The notes below the pieces were generated by a model. The model was not told where the DNA came from, made no database searches, and saw nothing but the letters and a program-made list of their open reading frames with translations. Both the position numbers and the translations under genes were made by a program. 64,000 bases of DNA from Flaccisagitta enflata (taxonomy: Eukaryota): contig OZ231126.1 of the NCBI GenBank assembly GCA_965153355.1, positions 37,262,001 to 37,326,000 of the forward strand, written 5' to 3'. Shown here piece after piece: positions 55,378 through 64,000 of the stretch. Numbering within the stretch: position 1 is the stretch's first letter; each line of letters starts with the position of its first letter.

Positions 55378-55414
<37 letters not shown>

Positions 55415-55922
55415 CTCTCTCTTGTTCTGGATGGATAAGTCTTGGGGGTGGTAGTAGTTTTCCAAGGTGTGACTGTGGATGGCAGTGGCTTCATCTCTCT
55501 CTCTCTCTCTCTCTCTGTGACTGGGATGCAGGGGGTGGCTCTCTCTCTTACTCACTTGTCGGGATGGATAAGTCTGGGGGGTGGTAGTAGTTGTTTCCCA
55601 TGGGGTGTGACTGGGATGCAAGGGGTGGCTTTCATCGTCTTCATCACGTGATCCGTGAGTCCGATAGAAATGGACAAATCTTGCGCGTGCAACGAAGTCT
55701 TTTGCATTGAGATCTGCAGAAAAAAAGAAAACAAGGCCAAGTAGGCCAATAAGGTGCGACGTGTGGATCGTCAAAGGAATGCGTTACCCAACAGACCACC
55801 CATAACCACCACCTTCCACCCTAGGTTATAGAGGTGCTTTGTCGCACCTAAAAAGAGAAAATTTCCTTGCCAATATCAAGGCTTTGCTTTGAATGAGAGA
55901 CAGAAAGAAGAATAAAGAACAA

Positions 55923-55982
<60 letters not shown>

Positions 55983-56081
55983 AAAAGAAAGTAAGAGGAA
56001 GAAAGAAAGATCGAAGAAAGAAAAAAAAGAAAGAAAAAAATGAAGACAGATAGAAAGAAAGAAAGAAAAAAAAATAAAGAT

Positions 56082-56160
<79 letters not shown>

Positions 56161-56425
56161 CAGAGAGAAAAAGAAAGAATGAATAATTGCATGAAAGTAA
56201 GGCTAAACAAGGCCGGATGCACGACCAATTCCAGTCACTGATGGGTGGGCGGAAATGCGCGTGCGGCACTTTTAAACTCGTGCGTCACGGACCGAGAGAA
56301 TGATGGACCAACCAACAGATGGCAGGACAGACGGACGGATGGACACAGTAAGCGAGAAAGTCGGAAGTCTGCGACAAAAAAGGAAGGAAGGAGATTAGGG
56401 TCAAACGTTCCTCCCATGATCTCAC

Positions 56426-56605
56426 CTGATTGAGCATGAACAGAATGAGAGCATCCCTTTTGACTGCGGGAATTTGTTTTCCTTTTTGCATGGCCTCCAA
56501 CACTTGGAGGAAGAAGTTCTCGCCGCTGACGAGCTGATTGTCGAAGGATTGGCGACATCCGGCCGCAGACGCGGATTCCAACACCTGCTTCGTTATTTCC
56601 ACCAC
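56426..56605 (-). CDS. Exon of unknown gene D (VVEITKQVLESASAAGCRQSFDNQLVSGENFFLQVLEAMQKGKQIPAVKRDALILFMLNQ)
   Basis: Acceptor cttgtttctctatcaag, donor cag|gtgaga; 180 nt, phase 0->0; helical-looking peptide. Confidence 0.6.
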
Positions 56606-57168
56606 CTTGATAGAGAAACAAGAGAATCAGGGTTACGATATCGTCGCGGACGAGGAGGGAGTAGAAGCGAATCTGCGACTAACAGGGTTAGAGAGATATT
56701 TTCCTCCATCTCATCTTTTAGCGATATTTTTCCGACTTATGTCTGATAAATTGAGCCACATATATTCGATGAGACTGAGAATGTTTGAAAGAATGGGTAC
56801 CAGTATCGAGCTTTACGGTCACCCAGTCCCTCTCTCTAGGTAAGTTGGTCGTGACAGGTATTCATTTACGTGGTGGTAGGATCTGGGGCAGTGTGTCTCT
56901 CCCTTTCCTCCTATCGGTCTCTATCTCTGTTTCTCTAGCGCGCACGCACTAAGCGCTCTGGGAGAAGGTGAAAGGTTGTTGTTGTAGCGTCCTGCATATA
57001 ATGTACATTGGCGATTCTTTTTTTGAAATAGAAATAAAAAGGAAAAAAAGGAACAAATAATGAAAAAAAGGAAGAAAGAAAAAAAAAAGAAAGAAAAAAA
57101 GAAAGAAAGGAAGAAAGAAAGATAGAAAGAAAGAAAGAAAGAAAGAAAGAGAGAAAGAAAAGAAGGAA

Positions 57169-57209
<41 letters not shown>

Positions 57210-57718
57210 AAAAGAAAAGAAAGAAAGAAAGAAAGCAGAAAGGGAAGAAAGAAAAGAAAGAAAGACAGAAAGAAAGAAAGAAAGAGAAAGAAAGAAAGAA
57301 AGAAACAATGTTACTCCTGGTGATTTGTTGAATTTTGGGGTTACCATAGAAACAATCATTGCCCTAACTACTTTTGGTAAGCAGTTTGCTTTTGGGTTAG
57401 ATTGAGAAGGAATGTTTTTCAGATTCTGTTTTTTTTTTGGAAAACTAGGAGTGGTGTGCGTATTAACTAGTCAGTGAGGGTTCACAAGGCCCTCCTCCAA
57501 TCATTTCAATTCGGGTATAGTGAGGGATATTGTTCCACTTTTCATGCATCTGTCAGAATGTCCCCGCTAGCCATATGAAAGGAGGTCCTGTGTACAGGAG
57601 ACGAAACATGCTAGACGCTCATCATTTATCACTGTACAACAATTGTCGCCAATTTCTTTGAGGTGGCCATTGATGGATAGCAGATCTCACTGCAGCACTG
57701 GAGAGAGAGCGAGAGAGT

Positions 57719-57806
<88 letters not shown>

Positions 57807-60800
57807 ACAGACAGACACATATACACAGACCGACAGAGACATACATATCAGAGACTGACAGAGACTGACAGTGACAGAGAGACACAAACACATACAGAGA
57901 CAGATACAAACACCGACACACACAAACCCAGAAACAGACAAGCACATACAAACCCAGAGACTCAGAAAAGCACTTACAAACGCAGAGACACAAAAACACA
58001 CACGAATACAAAGACGCACCGAAGGAAGAAAAATAGGAATCAACCGAAGGTATGGCCTCAGAAACGGGTTTCTTGTAACGAAAATGATTGCGTAATCATA
58101 TGATTTATAGTTTCGTGCACGCGACTCTACACCCCTTTTGAGATCCGTCTGTTCGTCCGTCCATCCGTCCCTCTGTCCGACCGTCACACTTTACTTTTTT
58201 TGCGTTTTTGGTTTTAAAGCAGTGGTCCCGAAGGAGACAAAGTCCTGTAGAACACAGGGGGACTTTCGCTCGTCTGTTTGTCTGTCCCCCTTTAAGCCCT
58301 CAGGCTACAAAATCTGGCCTCTTAGGCCTCAAATCTGGCCTCTGAGGCCTCATATGCCTCTCAGGCCTCAAATCCAGCATCTCAGGCTTCAAATACAGCA
58401 TCTCAGGCCTCAAATCTTGCCTCTAAGGCCTCAAATCCAACCTCTAAGACCTCAAACCTGGCCTTTTAAGCCTCAAATTAGGCCTCTCAGGCCTCAAATC
58501 CAAATTCTTCAGCATCAAACCTAGCCTCTCAAGCTTCAAATTAGGCCTTTCAGGCCTCAAATCAGCCAGCTAAGGCTAATCTATCAGGCTTACAATCAGT
58601 CATCTGGCCTTTCAAGCCTTAATTCAGCTCTCTCAAGCCTCAAGTCAGCCCTCTCAGGCCTTGCATCAGCCTTCTCAGACCTCCTTTAGGCTCTTGAAGG
58701 CCTTCAGTCAGCTTTCCATAGCATCTCATCCACTTCTTTAGGCAGGATTTAAACAAAGTCTCTAGAGCCAAGACAGACTTCTCAGGCTTCCACTCAGCTA
58801 GCTAAGCCTCAACTGCTTGCCTTCAGGCTTCAATTCAGTCATCAGACCTAGCAGGGCTTAATCCAGCTCTCGCTTCCCGCAAGTCAGCCCTCTCAAGCTT
58901 CCAATCGGCATTCTCAGTCCTTATATCAGTTTCCTTAGACCTCAGTTTAGGCTCTTGAAGCCTTCAGTCAGCTTTCCATAGCATCTCATCCACTTCCGTA
59001 GGCAGGACGAACGAAAGTCCCCCTGTGTTCTACAGGACTTGTCCCCTGAAGCCGCTGCCCTGCTTCCCTTCACTCCAATTCACAATCACTCAGCAGGGCA
59101 GCTCTCAAGCCTCAAGTCAGCCCTCTCAAGCTTCCAATCAGCATTCTCAGGCCTTATATCAGCCTTCTTAGACCTCAGTTTAGGCTCTTGAATGCCTTCA
59201 GTCAGCCCTCTATAGCATCTCATCCACTTCTTCAGGTAGGATGAACGAAAGTCCCCCTGTGTTCTACAGGACTTCGTCCCCTTCGGGGCCGCTGCCCTGC
59301 TTCCCCTCACTCCAATTCACAATCACTCAAAGCAGGGCAACGGGTATCGCTGACCACATATTGCCCTTGGGCGACCTGTTCTCTCTTCTTTTTCCTCACT
59401 GCTCCTGCCCAAATGCTCCACTGACCTAAAACATGGCCCCTGCCCACTTCTATTCCATTTCGTTTTATCTAATTTGATGAGCCTGTCGCATATCGCCATC
59501 CACAACGCCGCTGCACTGTTCCCTCATTGTTACAGGCCTGTACCTATAAAGGTCATGCCAACATAGAAGTATACAATATGCGCATTACGAACGGCTAGTT
59601 CGCCACGCTGATAAAAGCTAGATTCATACTTGACTTTGAAAGTAAGTTACTTCGGTGCTGGAATTTTCCAATGCGTTGAAGCTTGAAAGTAAAAGTATGT
59701 CAAAGATCGAAACTTCAAACAGGTTTCACCTTGTGTCGAATACACACTTGGGGATGAATCCGTCAAATTAATTCCACCGAGTAACTTCCATCCATGCTTT
59801 TTGGAGGACATTCGTAGAGATCTTACAACAGCGACAGGTGCTGCAGTGCCACCGTTTTGCAGGCTTAACTTGTCATTATTAAGATAAGCTTTCGCAGTTT
59901 CCCATGCTAGCGAGCTTACTTCTGTAATAACTTACTTGCTGACAATTTGTAAAGAAAAATAAATGCGAGTAAGTTTATACTTTGGAGGTTGCTGAGGTCG
60001 AGTTAAACTGAAATGACGCTAATCAACCGGTTTTATGCCGGATAAGGTGAATTGCGTCGAAAACTTCCAGGTCTCCGATTGGTTCAAGTGAGAGATCGTC
60101 GAGGAACGTACGTCGTACACGTATACGAGTCTATATTGGGTGTTGGCCAGATACTGCTAAAGGAAAAAGAGATTCCTTACCTTCCGTGCCCCTTCGTCAT
60201 TTCGCATGCGGTCATCGCGACTCCGCGATTATGGTTTTTTTTACTCAACAATTTTTGGTCGCACGCACGCGACGCTATAACACACAATGTGGTTGGTCCA
60301 TCACTAAGTCCATCGATCACAAAGTTCCTTTTAGCCCTTATCGCAAACAATGGTTGACAATAACATAAGTAACCGATGAAATTGTAGGACCGATTCCCAG
60401 TCTGAAAATGAGCGAGACAAAGCGAAAAGGGAAAGGCCACTCAGCGGAGGATCTAGCGCAGCAATTTTTTCCAGCATTAAGTGTGATCTTAGAGTGAGCC
60501 CGCGAGCCCGATGCTCTGTCAAGAAAACCACTAAAACCAGGCCTGAGTGTGATATCATATTTTTGCAATAAAATCGGGGAAAAAAGTCGATGTCGATGTA
60601 TGACCTCTTGACATATTGCAGAGAAAGAACTGTATCGTCAGTGGTCAGTGGTTTTGTTCTGTGCTTGACTGTTTTTGGTTGCTTGTACAATAAATGTTTT
60701 TCTATCTTTCTTCTTTCAGAAACTGCTGCTTGTGTCTCTCCTCTTCCACGACCGAAAGAGAGAAACTTGACTCGTCAAATCAGAATATTACGACTTTACA

Positions 60801-61127
60801 AAAAGATGGAATTCGGTTAAACCGTGTTGCGACATATGGGCGAGATGGTTACTGACCCCTATGAAACCAAGCCACATCCATTCTTCATCACATGAAAGTC
60901 GATACTCCTTTTCTTCGCTCTTCCTAACTTCTCGCCACACTGTTTCAACATCCAAACTACTAAGTTCCACGGCCTAAAAAAGAGTGAGGAAAATCGCTGC
61001 TCGATAAAATAAGAAATATATACTCCCTCAAACCTCCATTTTTAAGATCAACAAAAAACTTTTTTTTTCCAAAGACTAGATCCTCAAAAAAAGGAGATCT
61101 CTCAGTCTCGACCAAATCTTATTCAAA

Positions 61128-63905
61128 ATGGGGGATACAAACTGTTTATTTCGGATTAAGGATTTTCGAAATAGGGGTGAACTTCGCGAGTTTAAAAACA
61201 AACAAACTTTCGTCGCTGAGCTCGAGCGACTCATCACAGCGAACACCGACGGATCTTCTCCTACTGTCACCAAGTACTCCATCTACGAATCAAAACTGGG
61301 GCTCGTTCCGGCTCCGTTGATGCACGTAAAAAAGATGCCAAAGGGAATGAAATTGCGCCATGAGTACGTCAGCTTCGAAGTCACGGTTCACAACGACCCC
61401 ATTTGTTTCGTTTCTATGGACAAGGGTACAAGTGGTATTTTAACCCAAATAAGCTGCAGCGAAAGTAGGATCGCCGAATGGTGCATGAACAAAAAAATGA
61501 CTGCGCCAGAGAAGAGAAACAGATTAGGTCTTTTGAAGAAAGTCGACATGACAAACATTCGTTTCCTCACAAAAAATCAGCCGCCAACTGTCACGGAATT
61601 CCTGAGCGAATTTCTCCTGGCCGACAAGGATAACGTAGATATCACGCCAAATTATGACTTGATCACGAGTAACTGCCAACTGTTCGCCCACGACGTTACC
61701 GGAAGGATCGACCACATCGCAAAATCAAGAGAGATCCGGTTTTGTCTGCCCGGATTGGGTGGAGAGCGAGTCACAATCGATGATCCTTCGATTCCCACGC
61801 ACTTGCAGAAGATGTATCCGAGTCTCATAAAAGGCGCGCTCGTGGAAATGCCAGAGACAAGCGAAAAATTCATGCTGGTCAACGATGAAGTGAACGCGCG
61901 TTCGGAATCAATCGCGCAACCGGAAATAGACTTCTTGCAGTGGAAGCAGAGAGTGTACGGTTTTGTGAAGAGCTGGTTAGAGAGACGCCGAGACCAAAGT
62001 AACGGATGGCAGGTTATTTTCTCAAATTTGACCGGAGAAAGAGTCGAAAAAGCCCTAGACTCTTCACAAATGGTCAGAAGGGATGTAAGGACACTTGCGT
62101 CGGCTGAGACACCGGATTCCTACACCACAACTATCAAGGAATTTTGGAGAGAAGCCTTTGACATCTTAATCATAGCGCCGTCCGTTGGTTACACTATCAT
62201 CCGGCTTGAAGATGAAGAACCTATGGAAGTCAACGATGGAGCAATGCACGATCAGGCTGACATGCTCGCTGAACTCGGTGATATCGATGTCTCTGAGATA
62301 GCCCAGGAAACATTCTGGATGAGCAATTCGAGCGATGATGCGGAAAAACGAGTGGACGAGTTTCTCAATTCACGTGCATCTGCCAAAAAGATCAACCATA
62401 TTCAAGCCATTTCCAAACTGATTCTACTCAATCGCCTGGAGGAGGACATTGTCTTGCTCCATAACAAATTTGAAGAACAGATTTGGGGAAACGCCGCCAT
62501 GTTTACAGAGGAGCAATACACTGTCATCTCACGAGCCCAGCAGGCATTTCGAGAAGGAAAACCAACTCACATGCTCGTTAAGGGGCCACCGGGCGCCGGG
62601 AAAACTCTCGTATTGATGAAGCACGCTCGTGACTTTGTGAGCATTGTCAGAGATGAAAGGAAAAAGGTCTTCATATCCATTGAACCAAAATATACAATGT
62701 TGATCAACCATCTCAAGAGTGTCGTAGTGAAGGATGAACAGATGCGTGGGAGGGTGATTCTCGCAGATGCCGAGAGCATTGAAAAGTACAAAGGAGATAA
62801 ATCGAATATCGCCTTGATCCTCGTCGACGAAGCCGATTTAATAAGGATCACACAGTTCTACAAAACCATTTTGCCGCATCAGAGCGCGATTGTGTTCTCT
62901 TCAAACTTGTTATTCTCATTGGAAGACCTTTCTCAGTCAATGCACGATGAAGTCAGGGATGAATTCAGGTGGCAGGAGTTTGCGCTTTCTGTTTCGTTAC
63001 GCGCGACGAAAAAAGTTTCTGAATTTGTCGCTGGATTTCAAAAAGTCAGTGACAGTGGCAGGTTTCAATTGGAAGTCCTATCGGGAGTCGCTGTCGACGG
63101 CACAGACGTAGAGAGGATTCAAGTCACGGAGCCCTGGGGTAAGGATCAAAAGTTCTTGACAGAGACCGTGGAACAACTGAAGAAACTAAACCGCAAGTTT
63201 GTTCCCTCTGAACAACCCACTGAAAAACCATCGCCAGATACCGCGGAAGTGGTTTTGATTTTGGTGCGTGGGCATCACATCTTCAAGGAAGCGATTAAAG
63301 CAAAATTAAAGGAAGAAGGAGTTGGAGAAAAGTTCGCTTTTGCGGAGGACGCAGAAGTTTCAGACAGCATCCTTGGCTGTCAGTGGCCAGCAGTCGCCAT
63401 CGTCGTTGATGGCAGTTCCTATGTGATAAATCGTAGGTGGAAATCATTACTCAACGTCTTGACTCGCGCTACGTCCCACGTCATCCTCATTTACCACAAA
63501 TCTGACAAGACAATGCCGGTTACTCCCCAAATCAACTCCTTCAGGCTAGTTAGAACCAACAAGAAAGACTTGGAGGCACATCTAAAGAGCCTCGCAAAGA
63601 AGTCTTCGCCACGAATTCTAATCGACGACAGAGCCGGAGAGGTAAAACCAGAAACCAGACAGGAATTGAAGTCAACTTGCGACTTTACCAAGTTCGATCA
63701 AAACGTAAATGAGGAACTCGAAAATGTTTCGCTAGTGGTGAAAATAGTGGATTTTATGAGTAGCGGTGGCCTGTCGACGGCGCTCGTTGCCAAAGTTCCT
63801 GTGGTCGAATTCATCGTCGGAACCGGATTCGGAGCACCCGGAGTCCAAGATTTTTACAATCTTCTAGATTCGTGCAGTGCAACGAAGACAAAATTTGATG
63901 AGTAA
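61128..63905 (+). CDS. Intronless 925-aa protein: permuted papain-like (PPPDE/LRAT-type) domain + degenerate NERD-like domain + SF1 (UvrD/Schlafen-like) helicase
   Basis: Long uninterrupted ORF. H78 (HEYVSF) and YDLITSNC183QLFA; FD345ILIIAPSVGYTII; Walker A G486PPGAGKT; Walker B LVD567EAD; motif IV LSVSLRAT; motif V GCQWPAV; motif VI LT779RATSHV. Confidence 0.9.
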   Translation: MGDTNCLFRIKDFRNRGELREFKNKQTFVAELERLITANTDGSSPTVTKYSIYESKLGLVPAPLMHVKKMPKGMKLRHEYVSFEVTVHNDPICFVSMDKGTSGILTQISCSESRIAEWCMNKKMTAPEKRNRLGLLKKVDMTNIRFLTKNQPPTVTEFLSEFLLADKDNVDITPNYDLITSNCQLFAHDVTGRIDHIAKSREIRFCLPGLGGERVTIDDPSIPTHLQKMYPSLIKGALVEMPETSEKFMLVNDEVNARSESIAQPEIDFLQWKQRVYGFVKSWLERRRDQSNGWQVIFSNLTGERVEKALDSSQMVRRDVRTLASAETPDSYTTTIKEFWREAFDILIIAPSVGYTIIRLEDEEPMEVNDGAMHDQADMLAELGDIDVSEIAQETFWMSNSSDDAEKRVDEFLNSRASAKKINHIQAISKLILLNRLEEDIVLLHNKFEEQIWGNAAMFTEEQYTVISRAQQAFREGKPTHMLVKGPPGAGKTLVLMKHARDFVSIVRDERKKVFISIEPKYTMLINHLKSVVVKDEQMRGRVILADAESIEKYKGDKSNIALILVDEADLIRITQFYKTILPHQSAIVFSSNLLFSLEDLSQSMHDEVRDEFRWQEFALSVSLRATKKVSEFVAGFQKVSDSGRFQLEVLSGVAVDGTDVERIQVTEPWGKDQKFLTETVEQLKKLNRKFVPSEQPTEKPSPDTAEVVLILVRGHHIFKEAIKAKLKEEGVGEKFAFAEDAEVSDSILGCQWPAVAIVVDGSSYVINRRWKSLLNVLTRATSHVILIYHKSDKTMPVTPQINSFRLVRTNKKDLEAHLKSLAKKSSPRILIDDRAGEVKPETRQELKSTCDFTKFDQNVNEELENVSLVVKIVDFMSSGGLSTALVAKVPVVEFIVGTGFGAPGVQDFYNLLDSCSATKTKFDE

Positions 63906-64000
63906 ACATAATCTTTGAACAATTTCTAATATAGTCAACTGATGATATTTCTGAACTATGAATAAGTTTATTCATTCTTATTGATGATATTTTTTCACTC

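Noticed and set aside
58138-58524. Heptad-repeat ORF (LRPQIxP), similarly 33509-33817 and 42212-42523
   Set aside because: 21-bp minisatellite inside dispersed non-autonomous elements.
61128-63905. 925-aa ORF as the missing Helitron helicase or as bacterial contamination
   Set aside because: It is on the opposite strand, 8 kb away, and has UvrD/Schlafen-like rather than Pif1 motifs. Its flanks look like host DNA with no operon context.

Overview
Intron-rich, microsatellite-saturated animal (probably invertebrate) genomic DNA. It is not prokaryotic, and I see no CRISPR array, rRNA or tRNA. Most ORF-track entries are translations of simple repeats or transposon relics. By reading splice sites and exon phases I reconstruct five coding units. 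(A) A minus-strand multi-exon gene of unknown family, ATG ~15358, 9 phase-compatible exons down to 6655. (B) A divergently oriented plus-strand mosaic extracellular/membrane gene, ~16.5-49.8 kb: putative type II TM, SRCR, LamG, Kunitz, LamG. The second LamG is split by a symmetric exon encoding an F5/8-type-C/galactose-binding-like domain. (C) A frameshifted, helicase-truncated Helitron Rep/Hel ORF (49.9-53.2 kb, minus) with unusual N-terminal tandem KOW-like motifs and a divergent HUH motif. (D) Exons of another unknown minus-strand gene (54.4-56.6 kb). (E) An intronless 925-aa ORF (61128-63905) fusing a permuted-papain (PPPDE/LRAT-like, H...NCxxF) domain, a degenerate NERD-like nuclease fold and a Schlafen/UvrD-like SF1 helicase; this is the best candidate for an undescribed system. 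Introns are packed with non-autonomous Helentron/DINE-like elements, hAT- and Tc1/mariner-type MITEs, foldback elements and satellites. All domain calls are by motif recognition by eye; no database search was run.
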